Shown here piece by piece: positions 1-11,400 of a DNA stretch of 64,000 nt (its first letter is position 1; each line of letters starts with the position of its first letter). Location: contig NIVC01000300.1 in assembly GCA_002269645.1 (NCBI GenBank), forward strand, positions 62,001 through 126,000, given 5' to 3'. The notes beneath the pieces were generated by a model. It saw only the letters and a list, made by a program, of their open reading frames with translations, made no database searches and was not told the DNA's origin. Origin of the DNA: Macrostomum lignano (taxonomy: Eukaryota). The translations under genes were made by a program, and so were the position numbers.

Positions 1-157
1 ATTTCAATTTGGTGCACAGCGGCTCTGAGTTTCTTGTTCAGTGGCCCCAAACTAAGAGTCTAGCGGTTTCGGATTCCAGTCCAGTGCTCCCGCAGTCCTT
101 GCATCGATTCGCCTGCCCCACCCATCCAAATTTCTCGTGTCCCGGCCTTCAGAAGCC

Positions 158-743
158 TCAGCTCCGCGGCATCGCTCTGAACTGCCGCAGGCGGCGCCGC
201 ATTCTGCTAGCAGCGCGGCGCACCTTGGCGGCCGCGGCTAGCAGGTTGGGCGTCAGCTTCTTCAAGCCGGCCGCGGCTGAAGGGTGCGCGGCCGCCACCG
301 AGCGGGCCTGGGCCGGGAGCCTGGCTGCTGCGCCCGCCGCTCGCAGCAGGGCGGCCAGGTAAGCGTCCAGAGGCTCCGAAGTGACCGAGTCCGACATGAC
401 GAAGCTGGGCCTATCGGGCGGGATGGCCATCGCCGAGTAGGCCTTAGTCACCGCCAGGCGGATGGCGGCGAAGTCGCGCAGCCTGCGGTCCAGCCGGTCC
501 AGCTGGGCGCCGCGGGCCCGGCCGAGCGCGGGCTGCAGGCTGGTGAAGGTCAGCCGGTGTGCGGCGAACAGCGCGCGGTGCAGCTTGCGGAGCTCGCGAA
601 CGCCCAGCGTCAGGCGGCGGAGGGCACGATGGCGAAGCTCTGCTGGCGACGTGCCGGCAGCGGTCGGCGAGGCTGCCTGGCGGTCAGCCAGAGGCAGCAG
701 AGCGGGCAGGCGGTCCCGGGCTCGGGACACTCGCCGATGCACC
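158..743 (-). CDS. Arg/Ala-rich terminal exon (putative exon 15)
   Basis: TCCAG acceptor in phase 2 matches the 3013 donor; 194-codon open frame to TGA at 158-160. Confidence 0.6.
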
Positions 744-756
744 CTGGATTGGATAT

Positions 757-1012
757 AGTACATAGGCTAGTTAAAGTGCATAGGCTAGTTAAAGTACATA
801 GGCAAGTTAAAGTACATAGGCTAGTTAAAGTACATAGGCTAGTTAAAGTACATAGGCTAGTTAAAGTACATAGGCTAGTTAAAGTACATAGGATAGTTAA
901 AGTACATAGGATAGTTAAAGTACATAGGCTAGTTAAAGTACATAGGCTAGTTAAAGTACATAGGCTAGTTAAAGTACATAGGCTAGTTAAAGTACATCGG
1001 TTAGTTAAAGTG
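757..1012. repeat. 18-bp tandem repeat (TACATAGGCTAGTTAAAG), ~14 copies
   Basis: Seen directly. Confidence 0.95.
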
Positions 1013-1984
1013 TGTTAACATGGGGAAATTTCCCGAGCGGCTGGTTACTAGCTGACAATGTCCAACCCTGTTTCGAACTGCAAAGTAAGCAAGCATCGGC
1101 CGAGGTGCAGTCACGGGTTCTCAAACTGATGTTTTAAAAACCATCAAAAAAGAGACTGGCAAGAAATTCCAGTCAGGTGCTCGAAATGTTCAATTTCAAA
1201 TAGATATTGAATTCACTCTGAGAGACCCCAGACATGAAGGCGCTTCAGAATTCTACTGGCAAACTAACAAAGTTTTAGTAAAAAATTCGAATTTGCCTTT
1301 GAAGCAATTTGTTAGAAATGTTCCTAAAGGGAGGAATCACTGGCTCAAGCAGGAAAATCCTTCCAGTTCCGTAGCGGGATTAAAAGCACACAACTTTTTG
1401 ACAGTTCAGCTGCTTCTGCAGTGCTGTGTGTACCCATGCACACACAGCATGGGGATTGTCTGCAATTTGTCCCATTCTTTCCAGCCACAGGGAAACAATG
1501 GAGCTGCACAATGGCCGCTTGGGTTTCACGCTCGGATGGCAAACATCTCCAGAATCCATGCTGTCTCCATCTTCCCAGCGCTTCCAATTGCTGCTCCGTA
1601 AACTGAAACTGAGCGATGCTTTCTTCCACATTTTCCTGCGAGATGCTCAACAGGCACTGACCCACAAACTGAGCCAGTTCAGAGTCCCTGATCCCTGATC
1701 CCATCTTGTTCGACCAGTTGTATGTGGTATCCACCTAACCAGCGCCACCATGAGAGATCGAAGCGGAGATCCCATCCCACCGTAGATACCATCTTAAGGG
1801 ATGCCATCCAGCCAAATGTCATAATCCTTTAGGTCTATAGCCCCTCAGAGATTCGTTCTCATCAAAGACCCAATCCCAACAGAGATCTTATCTCATGAGA
1901 GATCCCATCACACCGCAGGTCCATTCCCGTCAGTCAGAGATCCCATCCAATCGGGAATCCCATTCTTTAAAGAATCTCCTGTCC

Positions 1985-2960
1985 CATGAGAGACTCCATC
2001 CCATGAAAGACCCCATCCTGTGAGAGACCCCATCCCATGAGAGACCACATCCTATGAGAGACCCCATCCCATGACAGACCCCATCCTATAAGAGACCCCA
2101 TCCAATGAGAGACCTCATCCCTTGAGACCCCATTCCATGAGAACCCATCCCATGAGACTCAATCCCTTGAGACCCCATCCCATGAGACCTCATCCCATGA
2201 GACCTCATCCCTTGAGACCCCATCCCATGAGACCCGAACCTATGTGAGACCCCATCCCATGAGAGACCCCATCCCATGAGACCTCATCCCATGAGACCTC
2301 ATCCCATGAGACCTCATCCCATGAGACCATCCCATGAGAGACCCCATCCCATGAGACCTCATCCCATGAGACCTCATCCCTTGAGACCTCATCCCATGAG
2401 AGACCCCATTCCATGAGACCTCATCCTTTGAGACCCTATCCCATGAGACCTCATCCTTTGAGACCCCATCCCATGAGAGACCCCATCCCATGAGAGACCC
2501 CATCCCATGAGAGACCCCATCCCATGAGACCCCATCCCATGAGAGACCCATCCCATGAGACCCCATCCCATGAGACCCTATCCCATGAGACCCCATCCCA
2601 TGAGAGACCCCATACCATGAGACCCCATCCCATGAGAGACCCCATCCCATGAGAGACCCCATCCCATGAGAGACCCCATCCCATGAGAGACCCCATCCCA
2701 TGAGAGACCCCATCCCATGAGAGACCCCATCCCATGAGAGACCCCATCCCATGAGAGACCCCATCCCATGAGAGACCCCATCCCATGAGAGACCCCATCC
2801 CATGAGAGACCCCATCCCATGAGAGACCCCATCCCATGAGAGACCCCATCCCATGAGAGACCCCATCCCATGAGAGACCCCATCCCATGAGAGACCCCAT
2901 CCCATGAGAGACCCCATCCCATGAGAGACCCCATCCCATGAGAGACCCCATCCCATGAGA
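1985..2960. repeat. 15/17-bp satellite (GAGAGACCCCATCCCAT)
   Basis: Seen directly; homogeneous at the right end and degenerate at the left. Confidence 0.95.
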
Positions 2961-3012
2961 GGCTCATATCCGATCACGGACCACTTCAGCCGAGTTTCAG
3001 CCCCAGCCTCAC

Positions 3013-3386
3013 CGTCTCTCTCCATGCCGCAGGTTGGCCCAGTCCCCGGCCCTGGCGAAGTACCGGATGTAGCCGACCCGCCGAACCACTTTGGCCGCGT
3101 CCGACAGCAGGCGCTGCGTCAAAGTGGCGCAGGCGCGCAGCAGCCTGGCGCGTTTCTTCCGGTTGCTCCCGTTGGTGGCGGCAGACACCGCCTCGGCGCA
3201 GCGCGCTACCAGCCGGTCCAGACGGCGTTCGGAGCGCGCCAAAAGTGCGCGGAGCTGGCGCAGCTCTTTTACCGCCAGGCGGCGCGCGTCGTCGCGCTTG
3301 ATGTGCGGCGCGGCCTTTTCGGCTCGGCGCAGAAGACGGCGAAGTGGGCGCCAGGCGTCTAGCGCCATATCTGGCGCCAGCTGCGC
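3013..3386 (-). CDS. Arg/Leu/Ala-rich helical exon (putative exon 14, or part of a separate gene)
   Basis: GC-rich open frame AQLAPDMALDAWRPLRRLLRRAEK...; CAG acceptor (phase 0), GTGAGG donor (phase 2). Confidence 0.6.
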
Positions 3387-3444
3387 CTGTCGGACAGAGT
3401 CTGCTGCTTCTGTGGTGAGGAGGTTGGGATTGGCACTAGCTGTG

Positions 3445-4225
3445 ACGGGATCGGGATGGGATGGGATCGGAATGGGATGGGATGTGATCGGGATGGGATC
3501 AGGATGGGATGAGATCGGGATGGGATGGGATGTGATCGGGATGGGATCAGGATGGGATGAGATCGGGATGGGATCAGGATGGGATGAGATCGGGATGGGA
3601 TGGGATCGGAATGGGATGGGATGTGATCGGGATGGGATCAGGATGGGATGAGATCGGGATGGGATCAGGATGGGATGAGATCGGGATGGGATGGGATGTG
3701 ATCGGGATGGGATCAGGATGGGATGAGATCGGGATGGGATGGGATCGGAATGGGATGGGATGTGATCGGGATGGGATCAGGATGGGATGAGATCGGGATG
3801 GGATCAGGATGGGATGAGATCGGGATGGGATCAGGATGGGATGAGATCGGGATGGGATGGGATGTAATCGGGATGGGATCAGGATGGGATGAGATCGGGA
3901 TGGGATCAGGATGGGATGAGATCGGGATGGGATCGGATCGGAATGGGATGGGATGTGATCGGGATGGGATCAGGATGGGATGAGATCGGGATGGGATGGG
4001 ATGTGATCGGGATGGGATCAGGATGGGATGAGATCGGGATGGGATGGGATGTGATCGGGATGGGATCAGGATGGGATGAGATCGGGATGGGATGGGATGT
4101 GATCGGGATGGGATCAGGATGGGATGAGATCGGGATGGGATGGGATGTGATCGGGATGGGATCAGGATGGGATCAGGATGGGATCGGGATGGGATCGGGA
4201 TGGGGTGGGATGAAATCGGGATAGG
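3445..4225. repeat. GGGAT-based compound satellite
   Basis: GGGAT/GAGAT/CAGGAT units in higher-order blocks. Confidence 0.95.
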
Positions 4226-6147
4226 ATAGGATGAGAGATGATATCGAGAAAATTCCCTCACATAATAGGATAGGATTTACGAGAATCCGGATGGCCATTG
4301 CGCTAATTGTATCAACTATTTATGTTCTATTCTTAGAGTTTTATTTCAGCATGTCCCACTTAATTTGGTCCTTCGAGCCGTCAATACAGTTCTGAATGGT
4401 AAAAAGACGCACAAAGTCTGAGAGTCTCTGGGGTTCTATGGCTAAAGTTGCCTTATCGGTCGAATCAATTTGATCCTGCGTGGAGTCAGCTTTGCTCATA
4501 CAGTCAGTTGTCAAAGTAGTAGGGCGGAGGGACTGCCGTCTGCCGTCTGTCGTTTATGACGGTGCAGAACTTCCGTTTGTCCTGCACATCTTCAAGAGCA
4601 GTTACTCCTGTAATTTATGAGGTGTTCGATGCACCCTTGGAGCATCAGTGCCATCATTGTCTCGGCATTGATCTCATGATGCAAAAGTCCCGAAATCGGG
4701 AGGATGGCCTGAAAGATGCTGACTTGAACTCCCCTCTGGGTAGGAATTACTCGGAGAACTCGCTGGCGTCTACTGCTGCGGCCCCGCCCACGCCGTGTTC
4801 ATTGATTGAAGCCAGCCTCATCCACGTGACTCGCATGGCAGTCGGCCGGCAAACCCAAGAGCCGTTCAACAAACTCCCGCCTGCGTTCGATGTTCTCAAG
4901 GCTCCCCTGCCGTGAGACTTCACGGCAGTCCTACCGTTGCTTTTCCAGATGACGTGCAACAGTGCTTGTGCCAGCGTCATTTCCATGGAGATGTTAAACT
5001 TCTTGATGCATCATCCGAAAGGTCAAAAAACCGAAAGGTGACACGATCTCACATTTCACGCTCGGATGGCAAGCGGAGGGAAGTCCGGATCTTCACATTC
5101 AGCCACTTGCCGATGGAGCTCTTGTCATCGCGTCCTTTGTGCAGTTCCTCTTCAGTAGCGCGGGCTGCGAGTGCACTCAGTCTCCGGACGAAACTGGCTG
5201 GAACAAAACTGGAACCGCAGTGGCTCTGTGAAACCGTGTGCGCCTTTTCTCCTTGAGGATTAATTTGATAGTTCGTAGGATTGAAATATAACTGGAAAAT
5301 GCTACTATATTACTCTAGCAAATTTGGATTTCTTGGAAAAGGGATAAAATTCCCTCGGACAGCGATGCGCTTTGTCCACAAGCAGAGCTCGGGCCAAGCC
5401 ACAGGGAATCGATACACGCCCGGCCACTGGGCAGCGGGGGGGGGGCTAATGCAGCATCCCAGTCGGTAGGGGGGAGGGTGTTTCGCAGACAGGCAAGGGC
5501 TGGATTTTTTACACGACATTCCGATCTAGCAAAGGAAATTGAGACCGAGCTGCTGAAATTCAATCCGCATCATCGCTGCGGGAAGCTGGGACGGACAAAT
5601 TGGGGCTCTGCAGACTGCAGCGTCTGCATATTTTTCAGCATTGGCTGTCTGTTGTTTCAGTGCATTAACTGGCTGGACTATCTAGCAGTCCATCTGTTTT
5701 AATGCTGTTAGCGTTCTGCAGACGACTGTTCTGGCTTGGCTGTGTTTTCAGCCGAGAAGTGGCCTCTTTTAACTATCTGATATTGACACGTATTGGCTCT
5801 AATGAGATTGGAATCTTTTTTGAAAGGACTCGAGATTAGGGAAACTAAAAAATGGATTGAGCGTGAGGGAAGTTTAGCTGCTCTAAGTTCATCCCCGGCT
5901 GCAAACAGAAAGGCTAACTGAGATCTCTTGATACATTTTCAGTAATATTGAAATGTAAAATTATAAATATTGGTCCAATTTGGTCCATTGCTTCATTTGG
6001 AGCGGCTGTGGTGGAGCAAGATCAGCCCCACAATTGAAGGCCATATGCTGGGCTGATGAACCAATTGCCATTGGCTTGTGATCGAAGCGCTCGACAGAGT
6101 TGAACACCCAAAGGAAAGTTGAAAGGAAAGAAAAGCTGCAGTTCTTG

Positions 6148-6386
6148 TGCTTGTTGGACCAAATTGATGCTTGTTGGACCAAATTGATGCTTGTTGGACC
6201 AAATTGATGCTTGTTGGACCAAATTGATGCTTGTTGGACCAAATTGATGCTTGTTGGACCAGATTGATGCTTGTTGGACCAAATTGATGCTTGTTGGACC
6301 AAATTGATGCTTGTTGGACCAAATTGATGCTTGTTGGACCAGATTGATGCTTGTTGGACCAAATTGATGCTTGTTGGACCAAATTG
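6148..6386. repeat. 20-bp tandem repeat (AAATTGATGCTTGTTGGACC), ~12 copies
   Basis: Seen directly. Confidence 0.95.
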
Positions 6387-6697
6387 AATGCCGCTGTGCC
6401 AGCCTTGCTACCATAGACAAAAAATCGATTGCATTGGCAAACGAATCTTGGATTAAATTGGATTAAAATGCGTGTAAGCCCAAATGGGCTACAAAAGGCT
6501 ATAATAATATGAAGTGTTATTTATTTTTGAATAGTTTAACTTTAAGCTGCCGGATGGTCAGCTGCTGACCATGGACCAACAGCCTTTACTGCTGGTAATT
6601 TTTGGAGTCTATGGTAAAAGAAAAGTTATGAGCTTTACAGTAGCCGTTCCTGCCGAGCAAAGAGTATTGAGGTCGCCTAGTATAGAGTGCCAATAAG

Positions 6698-6978
6698 GAT
6701 GAAAATCTGAGGCCGATTTTTAGAATCCACCCACCCCCTCCGGTCAACAAGCTTTTTAGTCTATGGCACAAGTTGTGGCTAGAATGTTGTACAAAGCCGA
6801 TGCTCAGAAATATAAGACATTTCACACTTAGAAAATGCATGTATCAAATAAGCAAGACAACATCGCTCAGTCACCAGACTCAGTTGCCGTCGTTGATACA
6901 CAACTTGTGCCATAGACTAAAAAGCTTGGTGACCGGAGGGGGTGGGTGGATTCTAAAAATCGGCTTCAGATTTTCATC
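6698..6978. repeat. 79-bp inverted repeat with ~120-bp spacer (MITE-like)
   Basis: 6698-6776 is the reverse complement of 6900-6978 with few mismatches; no target-site duplication seen. Confidence 0.8.
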
Positions 6979-8075
6979 GAGTGGCGTAGCTGACTACCGG
7001 CGTAGCCACGAGTGATCTTTGCTTATTGTTTACCTCTAGTACCGTATGTATAATCTCCCATTGCAGATCTCCCATTGCTACGCCACTCGTGATTTTGCTT
7101 ATTGTTTACCTCTAGTACCGTATGTATAGACTTATTGTCACTATCGTTTAGCATACTCGACTAGAAGCATTGCTTAACGCTGACGACATCGACACTGCCA
7201 TAGGAAGCGCTATGGAGCGATTCCAACTGTGCCATAGACTATCGAGTGAATATAGAGTAGAGAAATGCAGGGGACTGTGGCTTGATACTTCGTATAAGCT
7301 TGCTTGCTTTAACATCAACCACTAAAACGCATCTAATAAATTGGAAAAATCTGCCTACTGATTCTCTTAACGGAGTGTCTTCAAGCGAAATGGATTTCCT
7401 TTCTTTGCTGAGTGCAACCGACCACGCTGGCGACGCTGACCTAGCGGAGTTCATCCGTTTCTTAGAAGATCCTACGATGGATGACCATTCGGTTCTGGAT
7501 ACACCCCTACCGGATATATCAGATGACGCTCCTCTGACGGTTGGCGACCTGGATCGCATTGAAATCGATTCGCTTCCTAAAACTACGCTTAAATTCTTAA
7601 ATGCGTATTCATTTTCAATAAAATGATGCACTACTCGTATTAAGGACGTGCAGTGCTTTCTCTTTCAAAAAGGCCTGTTTGCAGATTTTAAAGTGAACTG
7701 TAGTGTCTACTGCTAAATATCAAGTGTACACACGGCATAATCTATACAGAGAGCATTAAGTGAAATGCGACCCAAGATTAGTCCAAGCCGAGTATAAAAT
7801 GCTCCCTTCTCAGCTAGAAAGGCTTTGCACAGCGGCGCATTAAGATTCTAGCTATAGTCTATGGCCAGCCCAGCTGACCATGTCGGCAGGAACGGAGCTT
7901 TTGTACTTCTAGCTCCGGCGCGAAAAGGCTTTAAGAATCGATTTCAGAAATAATAATCGGTACAATATAATTCTATTTAACTGATTTGTTTATTAACTCA
8001 AATAATCTTTAATTTATGTCATTATTTGTCAATCAAATATTCTAAATGAGCCCAGCTTGATTTCGGCAAACCCAT

Positions 8076-8419
8076 TTATTTATTAAATACTTGTCCACCT
8101 AAGCCTCTCAAAGGGCCGGGCTCACCCGCAGACGCGACCGACAGCGACTCCGGGTCGATTCGAAAAGTTGCGCCGCTCCAACTGAAGCGAAATTTGCCGG
8201 CCGCGACCAGCCCGGCCAGCCTGCGGCTCTGCTTCTCTGGCAGCCGGACAGAGCCGGACTGACCGGCTGGTGGCCGGAGGCGAAGCTGGACGATGGAGAA
8301 CGGGTGAACGCGAAGAACATCGGACAGGGCCGCTCGCATCGTCCATTCGAAATCGGCTTTACGGCTTGGCGTTGCCATGGTAACGGGCGGCCCGGAATCC
8401 CGGATCAGCTTGAAGCCGA
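8076..8419 (-). CDS. Exon 13: SEA-like domain, either terminal (TAA 8076-8078) or spliced at 8091
   Basis: GFKLIRDSGPP...KADFEWTMRAALSDVLRVHPFSIVQLRL...GSV. AATAAA overlaps the stop; an alternative CAA|GTATTT phase-0 donor is present. The SEA-like call is by eye. Confidence 0.6.
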
Positions 8420-11400
8420 CTGCGGACAGCTGAGAGGCTGCGGATGACGCGAGCGGTGAAGGGTTGGCTGGATGGAGAGTGGCAGGGATTAGGAGGCTGG
8501 GGTAGGGGGGATGCAGGCAAAGTCGCGGGGCGCGGCAGCTCAGACAGGGGGGGGGTCGTTTCGGTATCAGGTCGGCGGCTTGAAGAGCTTTTAGGATAAA
8601 AATCCATTAGCCTGTCTGGATATTCTGGAACAGTGCTGCACGATTGCAATGTTTGCAACAGTGCCGCCTGTTTTGCAAGCTGGATATTCTGGAGCAGTGC
8701 TGCACGATTGCAATGTTTGCAACAGTGCCGCCTGTTTTGCAAGCTGGATATTCTGGAACAGTGCTGCACGATTGCAATGTTTGCAACAGTGCCGCCTGTT
8801 TTGCAAGCTCGCAGATTAAAAGAAGCGCCAGGGAAAGCAGCTTCCTTCTGCATCTCGCAGATTTCAGCAGAAACGGGAAAAATCGTCTCGAAAATCAGCT
8901 GGCGGCAACTTCCTTAATGAGTCTGACAGGTGCTCGGCTGGCCCACGGGTTTCCTGTTTGGCAATCCAGCTAATTAGCTCAACACGAAAGCCGTTTCCGT
9001 GTGCGTCACAGAGCACAGGGCGTTTTTGAGCTCGATCGGGCCAGAAACAGGACTCGCGAGGGGAAGTCAGTGCCCACAGCTGCTTGAGCAAGGCCTTGAG
9101 CAGTCCAGGCCGCCAGCTTGACGTCAATCAGGGAATCTCAGATTGCAGCAGCAGGGCGGCAACTCACCGTTCAGTTTGGAGAAGCCGAACTTCTTCCAAT
9201 CCACATCGACTCCTTGGGCTTGAGCCTTGAGCAGAATTTCTGGCAAAATTAAAAATATGGATACAAAACAGTCATTAACAATGCATTCTGAAGCGATGGC
9301 GATAATCGAATACTGTATTGAAAGTGTATTGGCAGGTCAGTTGATGCGGTCCACGGAGCGAGTCGCACCTGAGGTTGTGGGCGGCCGCCTTCAACAGTTG
9401 CGGCACTTCGGACTGCCGCTCAGAACTCCGGGCAGCATTGGAGGGGAAATCAATCAATATTATTAGCGATGGAGAGCAGCTGAGCTGGTTGGAAACCAGA
9501 GCATCAGGTGCTGCTACAAGGAACGAAGCAGACGCACTGAGGCCGCGGAGACAGAAGGCGGATATTGGGGCAGACACTCTCAACAAAGGCAAACTGAGTG
9601 CAAATTGAGGGCTGAATTGCTTAACCCGAAAAAAGCTTGAGCAAATTGAAGCTTAGAGTGCCAAGATCTCCAAAAGCTTAGGGGTGCAGTAATAAAAGTA
9701 CACACTGAGGAGATCCTTGAGAAGTTCTCAACTAATAAGCAGCTACGCGAGAGCAGTTAGACAGTGGAGAAGGGGGCTGGCAATCCATCAGCTGCTGAAC
9801 TGTCGCGAGAAGCAATTAAGCACAGTAGCAGCAGCCGAGAGCAGAGCACTCACGAGAAAACTCTGCGAGAACGGAGAGCTTGTTGACTTTCCCGACTCGG
9901 CACGTGGCGCTGACCACCGACTCGACGAAATCCGGGTCTCCGAGCTCTCTGAACGAGTCGGTCTTGAAGCTGTGGACGGCCGCCGGGTCGCTCGCCACCT
10001 TCTCCAGCTCCTTGTTCTGCAGGTCGTCGCCAACGCCGATGGTGACGATGCTGCAGCCCAGCGCCTTGATCTTGCCGGCCTCCTTCACCGGGTCCACCGC
10101 GCTGTTCGAGGCTCCGTCGGTCACGAGGACCACGACGCTGTCGACGCCGCTAGAGGGGCCGCCGCGATAGCCGTTGATGGAGTTGAGAAGGAACTTGCGG
10201 AAGTTCTGCAGGGCGTCCCCGGTGTACGTGGAGCCGGGCGAGTAGCGCATCTCCATGATTCGCCGCGCCATCGACTTTAGGTTGTAGTGGGCCACAAAGT
10301 TGAACACCACCTTCATGTGCTCCACACTCGAGTACTTGAGCAGCGCGATGTGTGTGTTGTCTCGCGACACGTCCAGCTTCTTGGCCACGGCGACAATGAA
10401 GCGCCGGATGTACTCAAAGTTCGTGCCGCGCACGGAGTCCGACGAGTCGATGACGAAGGCCAAGTCGGTCCGCTTGCTGCAGGAACGCGAGCACCGGGCC
10501 GACCCCGTCCACAAGATGTCATCGCAGCCGTTGAGCTTGTTCACCCGCTGCTCAAACACCTTGATGGGCACGAACTTGCCGTTGCAGTGAGCCGTCTCCA
10601 CCTGCGGCTTCGGGCACGAGCACCGGAGCTCCCTAGTGCGCTGCACCTTGGTGCAGGTGAGCGACTTGTGCTCGAACCTGAACAGAGTCTCGTTGATGAG
10701 CCTGAAGTTGCGCAGACACGGGCCCGCCTTGCTGACGGGCTTGGGACAGGCTGTGGGGTGACGGAGAGTTGGCGGAGCTGGCTGGCTTGAACCTGATTCA
10801 CTTGAAGTGAACAAACAGGCTTAGTTAAAGTTTGCATTGGGAATTGTTAATCAACGCTTTTCAAATGAAAAAAAGAAAAATATTACTTTGAAGTTCGTCT
10901 GACCTGAAAGTTGGACGCCCGGTTCGGATAGAGAAAGAAACAAATAAAATACAGGTAAAGAGCTACCTTTCCAAAGTCAGTAAAGCTTTTCTGAAAACGA
11001 CTTTGCTTAGTGCATTAAAGCTGCAACTGAAAGTTGAAAGTTTCAAATGGAATGAGTCTCTCTGCTCAGAACTGCATTAGCAAGCAGGACAGAATCCCAG
11101 CTGGTTTTCTTCAGGAGATAAAATGCTTCCAGGAGTCCAGTAGTTTCCACCAGTTTTCCGCTTTGAGGCTGGCAAACAGACCCATCGACTGTCTGTCTAA
11201 ACAGACTAAAAGGTGAGACGTCGGGAATTCAGTGCTCAACAAACTGAAACCTTCCTGTCTCGCCTATGCTGTTGGCTATGAAACACAGCCTCCAGCAAAT
11301 TTGCACGATCTGAGAGTGCAGCATCCTGTGGCTTGAGTTGGCCATGTTGTAGAGCAGTATGTTATAGAGCAGTATGTTATAGAGCAGTATGTTATAGAGC

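Noticed and set aside
1345-5256. ORFs at 1345-1734 and 4556-5256 sharing a 19-nt match (1524-1542 / 5054-5072, LPSERE)
   Set aside because: No recognisable domain, and stops interrupt the frames; possibly old transposon debris but not assignable.
5478-5702. FTRHSDLAKEIETEL, resembling a non-LTR RT C-terminal motif
   Set aside because: Too short, with no flanking RT or endonuclease motifs.
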